From NCBI RefSeq assembly GCF_006345805.1, contig NC_043009.1, forward strand, positions 8,804,001 through 8,868,000: DNA of 64,000 nt, written 5' to 3'. The notes beneath the pieces are model-generated. The model made no database searches. It was not told where the DNA came from and saw only the letters and a program-made list of their open reading frames with translations. Positions 11,980 through 23,880 of the stretch are shown in pieces. The position numbers were made by a program, and so were the translations under genes. Position 1 is the stretch's first letter. Each line of letters opens with the position of its first letter. Origin of the DNA: Octopus sinensis. Lineage: Eukaryota.

Positions 11980-12345
11980 CATCATCATCATCATCATTTA
12001 AGGTCCATTTCCCATGCTGGTATGGACTGGACAGTTTGACAGGAGCTGGCAAGACAAGGGGTCACACCAGGTTTTACAGTCTGTTTTGGCTTGGTTCCTA
12101 CAGCTGGATGCCCTTCCTAATGGCAACCAATTTAGAGAGCGTACTGAGTGCTTTTTACATGGTGGCACCATCAGTACTTTTTTATGTGTTGCCAGCACCA
12201 GTGCTTTTAACATGGAACCAGCACCAGTGTTCTTAATGTCGAACCAGCACCAGTGTTCTTAATGTGGTACTACCATCAGTGCCTTTAATGTCACACCAGC
12301 ATTTTATCATGATACCAGCTCCAGTGTTTTTAACATGGCACCAGA
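11980..12345 (-). mobile_element. Repeat C with an expanded ~26-bp internal tandem array
   Basis: (CAT)n tail and C body, then about 7 units like ccagcaccagtgcttttaacatggaa (12146-12344). Confidence 0.8.
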
Positions 12346-14869
12346 AGTATTATAATCATTATTTAATAAATGTGGTGAGGTGGCAGAATCATTAGAGTAT
12401 CAAAAAGTGCCTTGTAGCATTTCTTCCAGCACTTTACATTTTGGCTTCAAATCCAGCTGAGATCAACCTTACCTTCCACCCTTTCAAGGTCAATAAAATA
12501 AAAGTACCAGTCAAATATTGGGGTTGATGGAACTGAATAACACACTCCTCTCAAAAACTTTTGGCCTCCTGTCTAAATCAGAAAACTATGATTATTGTTA
12601 GTTGGAATTACAGAAGGAATAGTGCCAATAACCATTTCAGTACCACCCAATTCCATATTCAGTTTTTCCCAGTAGATGTCAATGTCTACAGGGGAAAGAC
12701 AAGTCAGAAGAAATTTCAGAGGATCCATAGTTCTGAGAGTGAGAAATGATTGGGTAAAATGTTAAGAGACTTATGGTTTGAGGCAAGGGAGAGCAGTGTG
12801 CAGTTTGTTGATTCAGAAAACCAGCGACTGTTGTTGCAGTGGGAGAAAGAGAGAGAGGAAAGAGTGCAGCCGAGGCCAGAGAAACTGTAGCATGTTGTTG
12901 GGTGAGTCATTGCCAATCAGCCAAAATGGCCTTATTTTAGATGCAGTCTAGGATATGTGTGTGTAGCAGCAGTACTGTCTCAGATATGTCAGCAGCACTT
13001 TAATATGGGTCATACACGAGCTTTGTAGTGGGTCAGCAACTGACTGAAGCTGAAGTATTTTATGTGAAGCTGCCATGAAAGAGAAACCTAATATGCATGT
13101 TTTTTTAATGTTGTTAACGTTTAGCTTCCATTTTGAGTGATCGAGCAAAGGCATTCCAACCATGACTGTCTTGAGCTTTTAAGGGTAACTAGTACTAAAT
13201 TATCATTTATTTTTAAAGCTTTTAAAGACAATAGGTGGAGTTGAAAGGTTTGGTTGCTATTTCTAGCAGGTCAGCCAACCACATAGAGCCAATGCTTGTT
13301 GACTTATGTTGTCCATGTACAGAGAGGGTGTGGTACAAGATTATTCCGTTGATATGAGATTGTTTTGATACTGTTCAAGGAGATTGTATTGTCTTGCTCA
13401 TATTTTTTTACCAAACACACAAATTCAATCAATGCAACGTATTTTATAATTGTTTTATGTTTTTTTCTTTTCTCCCCTGTAAATTCAGCTTTACTCCATA
13501 GTTTGTGCTATTTTCTATTACTCATACTCATATGAAATTATTTCAATTTGGAAACTGAAAGCTATAAAGCTACTAAATCCTGTCCACAACCTCAGTAATA
13601 ATTACAACAAAAGGCACTGGAGTAGCGAGTTCAAATCCTATTGAGTTAAAACAATTTCATCACCTATACCTCTCTTCCTCTTAATATAGCTTTTTCCAAT
13701 TTCAACTAATATATACGTTTTTGCATTACACTATAACAGACAATAGTCAAAATATAATATTTAAATCAAAGCAATTATTATTCCTGAGCAAGGCACATAA
13801 CTCTTGTTACCTCAGTTCCTGGATCACACTAAATACGTCTCCTATTTTTATTTGAGAACTATCTGCACCCTTCCTTCTGTGTTTTACAGACACACGCATC
13901 TATTTTTCTATTACACACACACATCTATTTTTCTATGATTGTGTAAACTAGATGAATATACCATAGAGGTATCATTTTACAGCCAGATGCTCATTTTGCT
14001 GCTAACCCTTACTAGTTTACCAAGTAAGGGATCTCTTATCCCACGTCTTCAAGGGTGCAAAGCCTGCAGATGATTCATAGACAGGGGAAACGACAATACC
14101 ACTGTTGGCAGCTCAGGGATTTTCAGACATGGGCAAATGAAAACAAACACAACAGGCTTCTTTCAATTTCCACGAATGAAATCCACTCACAAGGCTTTGG
14201 TTGATCCTGGGCAACAGTAGAATATGTTTAACCCAAAGCACCAATCAGTGGGAGCTCATCGATCGCGCACGTGTGTGTGTGTGTGTGTGTGTATACATGC
14301 ACATATACACAAATACAAAAGGCTTCTTTCAGTTTCCACCTACCAAATTCATTCACAACAGTTTGGGCAGTCTAGGGCTATAGTAGTAAACAGATACACA
14401 GGGTGCTAAGCAGTGGGACTGAACCCTAAACCATATGATTTAGGCAAGCTTGGAATATGGACACTAAATGATGATGATCATCAGAAATAATGGGTAACAT
14501 TACACTGCTGTTTTAACAGCAATGCTGCGTTCAAAAAAACATCACCCTGTTTGTATCATAAAATACACATTCGATGCTTCTAATAAAAACAATTATAAGT
14601 TTGTTTATGTGTGTGTGTTTTAATTAAATATGGTTTTATTGTAAAGCAGACTAATGATTGTTGCATCTGTCATCATTAACAGAGTGCCACTGGTGCAGCA
14701 GTGTCGCAGCAGAGAGGCTCAACATGCGCTAGCAGTGCTCTCACACATTCATTATATAAGTTGCATATTTTCTATTTTCGTTTTCTAAAGGAATGAACCG
14801 TGAGATTTAAATTTATGAATGATTTTTACAGGATAAAATAAATTATGTAGGAAAGTGACCCTACCGAAT

Positions 14870-15075
14870 TTCTAGACAGCCACTGAGTCTGCTAGAAACA
14901 GCAGCCCCTCAAATTACACACTATCGTCTTAAAAAGAAGGAACATAATAGATGATGTGATCCTGGATACAAAATGTCAGAGAGAAAAAAATGTAGTGGTC
15001 ATGACTGGAATGCTTTTGACCATGTCAGCTCAGTCAGACCAAATATCCTGGGCTCAACAATACGTAGAACAACAG
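14870..15075 (+). repeat. Repeat E (unclassified abundant family, (AAC)n end); example copy
   Basis: ctgctagaaa.agcagcc..aaatcacac..gtcttaaaaa..ggtcatg.ctggaatgc..gggct.aacaa. I counted about 18 copies on both strands (e.g. 5150, 13100, 22400, 25345, 34735, 49545, 51935, 57670, 61650). Confidence 0.75.
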
Positions 15076-15496
15076 GCCAACAAAGAAACCTCTACCTGAT
15101 ACGCTAAAAATAACAGCCAAATTCCACATGAATCACATATTTTCATCTTAAAAGGGAAAGAATTTTGAATATCACCATCCTAGATATAGTTTGTGAATGA
15201 AATTTGATAGTTTAAAACTGTGCCTCTCATATATACAATTGTGTGTGTGTGTATGTATACCATAACCATCATTTGATATTTGTTTCCCATGGTGTCATGT
15301 ACTGGACAATGACAGGATCTCATGAGCTGCAGGGTCAACCACTTTACAGTGTAAATTGGATGCTTCTTTTGATGCCAGTGGAACCAGTAAGGTTGCAAGA
15401 CAATAAGAACAGAAAAGGAAAAAACGTCCCCACTAACGGTGGGGTGGGAGGCTTTATGTTAGATGCTGAGAGGCTAAAGAATGAGATATGTAGGTA

Positions 15497-15775
15497 AGGG
15501 CAGCGGACTCGCGGTCGTAGGATCGCGGTTTCGATTCCCAGACCGGGCGTCGTGAGTGTTTATTGAGCGAAAACACCTAAAGCTCCACGAGGCTCCGGCA
15601 GGGGGTGGTGTCGTTACCTGCTGTACTCTTTCACCACAACTTTCTTTCATTCTTTCTACTGTTGGCCTGCTTGCTTAGCCAGTGGGGTGGCACCATTTGA
15701 ATGCTAAAACAATGCCAAGACGCATTGTGACCAGCGATGTGTAACAACATCTGATGGCCTGGTCGGTCAAGTGAT
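15497..15775 (+). mobile_element. SINE-J (5'-truncated D-type head with a fourth body)
   Basis: Head matches 1233 and 54843, but the body ..gccagtggggtggcaccatttgaatgctaaaacaatg..gcattgtgaccagcgatgtg.. differs from D, F and H. Confidence 0.75.
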
Positions 15776-16429
15776 ATATATATCATCAAAATCATCATCG
15801 TCATTTAACATCTGTTCTCCATGCTGGCATGGGTTGAATGGTTGGAAAGGAGCTGGCCAGTCACCATTTGTCTGTTTTGGCATGGTTTCTATGGCAGGAT
15901 GCCCTCCCTAACGCCAACCACTTTACAATGCACTGGATGCTTTTACGTGAGACTAGTACAGGTACATTTATGTCACACCAGCATCCATGGGCCCACAAGA
16001 CTAGGATCTCTTGACTGGGAGAGGGATGTAGAGGACATGCTTGTATGCATGAACAGCCGTGATCTTACTTAAGTTGACGTATCTTCTCAAGCACAGCAAA
16101 CCACCAGAGAGATTTTTATGTGTCTGTATCCATATTTATGTTGTTATTTGAGTTATGTCCCTTCGTGTTCTATAATTTAGTAGTTTGACAAATAGGGATC
16201 AATAAATTAAGTACCAGCCTGGAACAATACTGACATCAATATGATCGACTGAAACCTTTGAAGGCAGTGCTACAGCATGGTCGCAGTTCAATGACTGAAA
16301 CCCTTAATAAAATAGTACGACTAACAAAACTTCAGATTTTACAGAAGAGAAAATAAATGAGATTTTGGGGCATTCATGCTTTTCCTAAAATGATCCAAGG
16401 AATCAAGCATTCATCATATGAGCGAGCGT

Positions 16430-16465
<36 letters not shown>

Positions 16466-17452
16466 GTGTATTACTTTTTCCTTGCCTTGACATCATGTGA
16501 TAATTGTAATTGAGTATGACCCTTTGCAATTAGGCAATTAGTGTCCTTCATATCTAATCTTTTGTGAAAAATGTCCCTGGACATTGAGAACTATCGCCTT
16601 ACTTAGAAACATGCAAAGGTTGGTAACAGGAAGGGCATCCAGCCATAAAAAAATCCACCTCAGCAAATTCTGCCTCCCCCCCCCCCCCGTGTGAGCATGG
16701 AAATATGGAGATGATGATGATGATGATGGTGGTGATTGTGAATACTAGAAACATAATCATGAACGTGACCTTTCTCCCAGTAAACGAAATCCATTCTGAT
16801 TCAGTAAATAAATTACAATAACTGCTTTACAGTAGGATGTAGTCTTAAACACTGGTTATCCAGCTGTAGTTAATAATCTCAATGATTGCTGCTGCACCTC
16901 AAATGTAGGATTAGAAATTTCACAGTGATTTTCTCTCTGAAGCACCAGGCCCTGTTTTTTTCTAAGTGGGAGGGAGAGAATATTGATTTCTCACACTGGT
17001 GCAAAGCTGAAGGTTTACAGAGGTGAGGTGATGGGGGTGAAGCCAATTAAACTGGCTCAGGTGCTTGATTCGAGTTATTTTATCAATCCTGAAACACAGA
17101 AGAATAAGTCTAGGTACTGAAAAGCACTTAGTTTGCACAACTGTTCCTGCCAACTGTCAGTCACGTTAATAATAAACATGATGATGATTACCGAGATTGG
17201 CACAAAGCCATACATTTGTCGAGAGGTTGGGGGGGGGGGAGAACAGAGATGTGGTCAGCCTAATCAATGCAAGTACTTGATTGGCATTTAATCATGGAAG
17301 GATCAAACCAATGAACTAGTTTCTATGAAGTTGTTAGACCTGCAGCCAAACTCCTTTAAATCATACCTTGCTGTTTTAAAAATAGCCTAATTAGACAATG
17401 TTAATTGAAGGGTCAGTCAATACATTTGAGTATCAAATATATGAGGGAAAAC

Positions 17453-17544
17453 GTTGACAGTGACTTCGAAGTCTCACCACTGTTGGCATCATCAGATTGT
17501 CTGATGAAGTCAACGAATAGCAAAACTTCGAAGTTACTATCAAC
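17453..17544. ncRNA. Inverted overlapping pair of degenerate minimal hammerhead ribozyme motifs
   Basis: Plus copy 17495-17541 and minus copy 17456-17501. Each has CUGAUGA, a 5/6-bp stem I and palindromic stem III ACUUCGAAGU. Core mutations are present in both. Confidence 0.6.
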
Positions 17545-17571
17545 CCTTTCCTAATAATAATATATTAGATA

Positions 17572-17795
17572 CTGAAAGTGGTGAGCTGGCAGAAACGTTA
17601 GCACGCTGGGCGAAATGCTAAGCAGTATTTCGTCTGTCTTTATGTTCAGAGTTCAAATTCCACCAAGGTCAACTTTGCCTTTCATCCTTTCAGGGTCAAT
17701 AAATTAAGTGCCAGTTGCATGCTGAGGATCAATCTAATCGACTGGTCCCCCACAAAAAAATTTGGGGCCTTGTGCCTACAGTAGAAAAGAATATA
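17572..17795 (+). mobile_element. SINE-A2 (Meta-like central domain, tail ..ggccttgtgcctacagtagaaa)
   Basis: Head ggtgagctggcagaaacgttagcac, B-box gagttcaaattcc, central gcctttcatcctttcagggtcaataaattaagtgccag. Confidence 0.85.
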
Positions 17796-18191
17796 TTCAA
17801 TACTGAAGTGTTTGATATACCATACTTGAACAGAGATGGGATGGTCATAGCTGGAGTAACTCTGATCATTCGTCTGTCTCATCAATCAGGACTAAATAAG
17901 AAGAACCAAGAAAGGATAGAAAACACAGCTGAGCCTGGCAGAAATTGAAATCACAATGTAAAGGAGTATACAACAGAGCATTTGTGGTCACCTTAAGACA
18001 ATTGACAAACAGTGAGGCTTAGTATCAACATAACAAAACCCTTTTAGCAAACCCTGCAGAAAAATTTATCAACTGAATGACCTAATGCAATATATTCTAT
18101 GGATGATCAAATGCTAGCGTTATATAAATTCTTAATTCTTTGATTAGCCCCTATACCAACTCCTACTGAACAGAAGACTACAATCAAAGAC

Positions 18192-18335
18192 AGGTCGACT
18201 TTGCCTTTCATCCTTTCGGGGTCGATAAATTAAGTACCAGTTACGCACTGGGGTCGATATAATCGACTTAATACCTTTGTCTGTCCTTGCTTGTCCCCTC
18301 TATGTTTAGCCCCTTGTGGGTAATAAAGAAATATA
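18192..18335 (+). mobile_element. SINE-A, 5'-truncated, young
   Basis: Near-identical to the 3' part of 38302-38527. CpGs are intact although the surrounding region is CpG-poor. Confidence 0.9.
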
Positions 18336-19199
18336 TATACAAAAGGATCATTCTGACTTTGTTTCAGAGATAATGCTTCCTTCTCTTTATAAGCTTGTAA
18401 GGTCTGAATTGGAGATTTAGTGTCTATTTCTAACTGGTTGGACCATCCTGTAGAGGCCCCTCTCCCACTATCACGAACTGTTGCATTATAGCTTAATTTC
18501 CTTAATTACATATTTATTATGCTGAATGCCTGCAAAAGAGGGAGAGGGCTTCCAGAATGTTTAAGTGGGTGTAGTTAGAAATTTACATTACACATCTCTA
18601 TGAATTTCTTTCTCACTCCACACACCATAAATATTCCAATGCAATAGTTACAATTATAGTTCCACATCATATTTCAAACCTTGTGCCTTTGGTAAAAAGG
18701 ATTATTATTATTGCTGTTGTTGTTGTTAATGTAGTGATTTATGTGTTCCGTTAAATAATTAGATTTCACTTTACTAACTACTGAAAACATTAGTAATATA
18801 CAAAATAGATTTTTAAAATTCCTATAAAAAAAAAATTAAACCAGGGTTCCTAAAAGGGAAATAGAATATATGACCAGGGCTGTAAGGAAAGGAATGGAAG
18901 AGAAGAAAGATTTACCATAATTGAAACGAAAAAAATGTTATTGAAAGGCCCATGTTGCTACGTACAAACAAATCATTTGAATTAGTTGGCAAAGAAGAAA
19001 CTGGTTTAGTCTTTTATATTTGTATCTGAGAAAAGATTTGCAAAACTGCAGAAATAAATATTGCTGCTTAAAAACCAGGTCAGTCTAAATCAAATAAGCT
19101 TTTGATGATGACATTCCAGCTGTGACCATTCCATATATTTTTAGTGTCCAATAGGTCCTTCCATTTTTTTGATGATGGTTGGTTGGGAGAGCTATATCC

Positions 19200-19475
19200 A
19201 CAGGCACACTGTCCCCTCACTGCCTATTCTGTTGCTACTACAACTGTCTCTGCCCCCATGGAACTAGCTGCATGTAGATGCATACCACCTCCATCCAGGG
19301 CCACCCCAAACAAACCTGCCTTCTCTTGTCATCCGACATTGTGAATTACTTTCTCAGGTACTACATTAATCACTTTAGTCAAACCTCCCACCTCAGAAAG
19401 TCTCGCCCACTGGAATTCTTATTCCCCAGACATCAATTGAACATCAACCTACTTAATCAATAAATCTCACCTGTC
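19200..19475 (+). pseudogene. CR1/L2-type LINE 3' end remnant
   Basis: Frameshifted translation ..LF..YY....MELAA..IPPP..FSCHP....HWNS.. resembles the LFYRYY..CS.ELA..IPP..SHP..LWNSLP C-terminus of CR1/L2-group ORF2. Confidence 0.55.
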
Positions 19476-20721
19476 ATAGAGGCCTGTGAAGGTCAAGGTT
19501 ACTGGTTCGTTATTTCTGACTAAACAATAAAAAGAAAATGCTGCTTGAGGATGACATCCTCATACTATCACAATCATCATCATCGTTTTAATGTCAACAT
19601 TTTCCATGCTTGCATAAGTCAGATGGAGTTTTATTGAGGCAGATTTTCTATGGATGGATGCCCTTCCTCACCCGTTTCAAAGCAAGATGGCCAGACATTT
19701 TACATTGAATACTGGAAATAAATGACAATACTTGTATGACAGGGACACTGCTTTATAACTATCATGTGATGTTAAGACAATGGCACCACACATACACATA
19801 TCATCATCATCATTATCATCATTTAATGTCCGTTTTCCATGCTGGCATGGCTTGGGACAGTTTGACTAGAGCTGGTAAGGCCAGAGGTAGTACCAGGTTC
19901 CCTTGTCTGTTTCGGCTTGGTTTCTACTGCTCGATGCCCCTCCTAACACCAACTACTCTACAGAGAGTACAGGTGCTTTTTTATGTGACATCAGTGCTTT
20001 TAACATGGCACCAGCAAATACATACACACACACACACACACACAACAGGCTTCTTTCAGTTTCTCTCAGCCAGATTCACTCATAAGGCATTGGTCAACCT
20101 GGAGCTATAGTACAAGACACTTGCTCAAGGTTCCATGCAATAGGACTGAATCTGCAATCATATGGTTGAGAAGCAAACTTCATAATTATATAGCGCTGCT
20201 TAGATATGATAGTATCATAATGTGACCACATATTCATACTTTAAACAATGTGTTAATCAGGCCACGCCATACACCTATGTGGTGGAGCAACCAGGAAAAC
20301 CCCTTTTTTGAGAGCAACTTGTTTGCGATCTCATAATATATATGCTGTCCTTGCATGCAGTCACGTCCCCTACATCCTTCCTTAGCTGAGTAACACAAAC
20401 CTTGCGGGCTCATGGGTGCTGGTTCCATGTGAAAAGCACCCATGTCAGTGCCGCAAAAAGGGCACCCATGCCAATACTATGTAAAAGCCCCCTGCAATTG
20501 CCACATAAAAGCACCCAGTACACTCTGTGGAGTGGTTGGTGTTAGGAATGGCATCCAGCCACGAAACCATGCCAAAACAGATATAGAACCCAGGCAGCTT
20601 TTCATCAGGCTAGATTCTGCCAAGCTGTTCAACCCATGAAAAGCAGAAGATGAATGATGATGGTGTGAAATTTCAGTTGATAATGCCAATATTACATACA
20701 CACACATTATATATATGTATA

Positions 20722-20990
20722 TAAAGTTCCAAAAGTTAGCGAGAAGATCAGGCAAAGATGGCTGTGACTATCTGGTCTCTGCCTGCAGCACCCTGAACTG
20801 GAAGCATCCAAATTAGTCTTGTGGCACCTGCTTCATGGTGATGCAAGAAGAGGAAAATGTCATCACACTTACATCAGCAACTTAATTGCAGACACTGGCC
20901 TGGCCTGGAATGGATCCAAGATCTTGAGGCAGTGATGATGAACCGAGAAGTGGGGTGGACTTCGTTGCTGGCCATAATAATAATAATAAT
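20722..20990 (+). pseudogene. RTE-group LINE 3' end with (ATA)n tail
   Basis: Translates PKVSEKIRQR..HPELEASKLVLW..HGDARRG..TYISNLIADTGL..AVMMNREV. Confidence 0.7.
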
Positions 20991-21265
20991 TCGTTTGTTT
21001 ATTGGCCACAAGGGCTAACAAAAATCAATTAAGACATAAAGGGACAAAACACAGGACGAAAGTTACAAAGGGTTTTGTCCGTTTGAAAAAGGTCCATGTA
21101 CAAAAGCAGGATAACAATGAAATATAAGTAACAATTAAAACTCCCAATAAGGGGGGAGGCGCTTCGAAGGGTTACTCGTGGAAAAACCCATAAAAGCCAC
21201 AGGAGCCTGATCGAAAGCGGGGTAGAGAGTCCCTTTCTCCTTTTGTATTTCCTTTTAATTTTCAC
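20991..21265 (-). mobile_element. LINE-like 3' terminus (possibly L1/Tx1 group), tail-to-tail with the RTE
   Basis: Minus strand is T-rich and ends ..ttagcccttgtggccaataaacaaacga, with AATAAA just before the (TAT)n tract. The clade is recalled, not demonstrated. Confidence 0.45.
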
Positions 21266-21684
21266 AATAATAATTAAAACACATAGGCTTGGCTTGTTAG
21301 AAATATAGTTAGGAAAGAATTACCAAAAACAATTTTAAAAAAAGAACTAAAAAAAAAGAACATAGAATTGACAACAATGGTGACTTGTATGAAGGAAATC
21401 CTATTAGGAACCCATTTCATTCCAATGTCCTAAGAGAGCGGTTGATGTCCTTAGCCTAGCCAATCCAACACTCTGTCACATAGTGGTATGTGAATGTTTT
21501 CATAAAACATAAGCACACAGCATACAGGATTTTAAAATCAGTGACTATTCATTACTCATTAGGAAAAGCAACAGAATTTTCAGTGTGGTGTTATTTCCTG
21601 AATGCTAGGATTATTACAAATAGATAGTTTAAATGCTTACAAATAAACAAATTTCCCCCTATTTTTTTTTAATATTATTTCTTT

Positions 21685-22050
21685 TTCTTTCTTTTATTCA
21701 TTTCAGTCACTGGACTTCAGCCATGCTGGGACGCCATCCAGAGGGTTTTAGTCAAACAAATTGCCCCACAGGACTTACTTTTTTTTTAAAGGCTGGTACT
21801 ATTCTATTGGTCTTTTTTTTGCCAAACCATTAAGTTATGGGGACATAAACAAACCAACAACAGTTGCCACTTGGTGGGAGGAGGGTGTCACACACAGAAC
21901 ACACACACATACACATGATGGGCTTCCACACAGCTTCTGTCTACCAAATTCACTCCAGAGCATTGACCGGCCTTGCTTTAGTAGAAGACATGCTCGAGAT
22001 GCCACATTTTGAGATTGAACCAAGCTTCTAACCACACAACCCTGCCTCCA
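21685..22050 (-). mobile_element. SINE-B, degenerate
   Basis: Reverse match to the B consensus. Confidence 0.75.
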
Positions 22051-22639
22051 TCTATGTTACAATTTTTCTTTTTCAATCTGCCATGTTAATCATGCTGGCA
22101 CCATGTTAAAAGCACTGTGCTGGTGCCAGTTTATGTGGCACCAGCACAATGCACTCAGTAAAGTTAGGAAGGACATCCAGCCGTAGAAACCATGCCAGAA
22201 CAGACAACAGAGCCTGGTGCAGACCCTGGCATTACAAGCTCCTATCAAACTGTCTAACTCATGCCAACATGGAAAATAGACCTTGAATGATGATGATGAT
22301 GATGTTTGATCCTGGCATTAATTACACAAATCTGGATTTTGGGAGCACATGTTGTCATTTCACTCCAAGACTGCCCTGTTTCAACAAACTTATGATCAAA
22401 GGGGTTCCAACAAAGAGAGCATTTTATCTCTTTGTATATTTAGGACTACACTGTCCAATGTGTTCTTGTTATTTTTAAGACAGCATGATGTGATTTGATA
22501 AGATTTAACTGTTATTTCTAGCATGTTGTGTGACCATATAAAAGTTCCTTTGTTGACTGACAATTCCTAGGTTTTATTACAACCATGAAGTAACATGGAT
22601 GTTGGCCATTGCAGAAATAAATTAAGGAAGGAAGCTTAA

Positions 22640-23170
22640 CCAGGAAAGGCTGCATGGTAATAAGCTTGCTTCCCAATCACATGGTTCTGGGTTCAGTCCC
22701 ACTGTGTGGCACCTTGGGCAAGCGTCTTCTACTATAGCCTGGGCCGAATAAAACCTTGTGAGTAGATTTGGTAGACGGAAACCAAAGAAGCCCATTGTAT
22801 ATCTAAAAGGTGGGCCAGAATTCATGACTCGTTATATTTATTAATAAGCATATTAAGAAATAAAATAATGAATTTAAACAATACAATATCATTAAAATAA
22901 GCTTACTAAGAAATATAACTAATGAGTCATGAATTCTGGCCCACCTTATATATATATGTGTGTGTGTGTGTGCCTTTGTGTCAGTTTGTCCACCATCATT
23001 TGACAACTGGTGTTAGTTTGTTTACATTCCCGTAACTTAGTTATTTGGTAGAAGAGACTGATAGAATAAGTACCAGACTTAAAAAGAAAAGAAAAAAAGA
23101 CTGGGGTCGATTTATTTGACTAAAAATTCTTAAAGGCTGCAGTCTAGTGACAGAAAAAAGTAAAAGAAAA
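22640..23170 (+). mobile_element. SINE-B with a MITE inserted in its TA linker
   Basis: B head 22640-22800 and B tail 22960-23170. Confidence 0.8.
22807..22947. mobile_element. Tc1/mariner-type MITE, about 141 bp
   Basis: Perfect 24-bp TIR aaggtgggccagaattcatgactc / gagtcatgaattctggcccacctt, extending imperfectly to about 50 bp, in a TA context. Confidence 0.8.
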
Positions 23171-23489
23171 AAAAAACATAGATAAAACAAAGAAAGAAAT
23201 ATTAGTGCTTGGGTATGTTTGGAATTATCAACATCATGTAACATTTGCCTTCCATGCTGATGTAGGTTACACAGGTCATCACACACTGAGTCAGCCCTTA
23301 TTCAGAGTTACTGTCCTCCTTTAAGGGTCAAGAGACTACATCTCACTCATACATTCCATTCTGCCACGGTTTCTACAGCTTAAAGTCCTTCATGATTCTA
23401 ACCACTTTACAACATGCACAGCATGCATTCTTATCATGGCACATGAAAAGGTTGTCATGTCATCATCACTATCATCATCATCGTTTTAA

Positions 23490-23880
23490 TTTATTCTTTT
23501 ACTTGGTTCAGTCATTGGGCTGTGGCCATGCTGGAGCACTGCCTTTAGTCAAACAAACTGACCCACCCAGGTCTTATTTTTTTGTAAGCCCAGTGCTTAT
23601 TCTACTGGTCTTTTTGCTGAACCACTAAGTTACAGGGACGTAAACACACCAACATCAGTTGTCAATCAAGAGATGGTGGGGGGATAAACAGACACACACA
23701 CACAAATATGACAGGCTTCTTTCAGTTTCCATCTACCAAATTCATTCACAAAGCTTTGGTCAGCCCAAGGCTATAGTAGAAGACACTTGCCCAAGGTGCC
23801 ATGTAGTGAGACTGATGCCGGCACCATGTGGTTGAAAAGCAAGTTTAATTACCACACAGCCACACCTGTGCCTGTCCACT
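23490..23880 (-). mobile_element. SINE-B
   Basis: Reverse match to 2873-3268. Confidence 0.85.
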
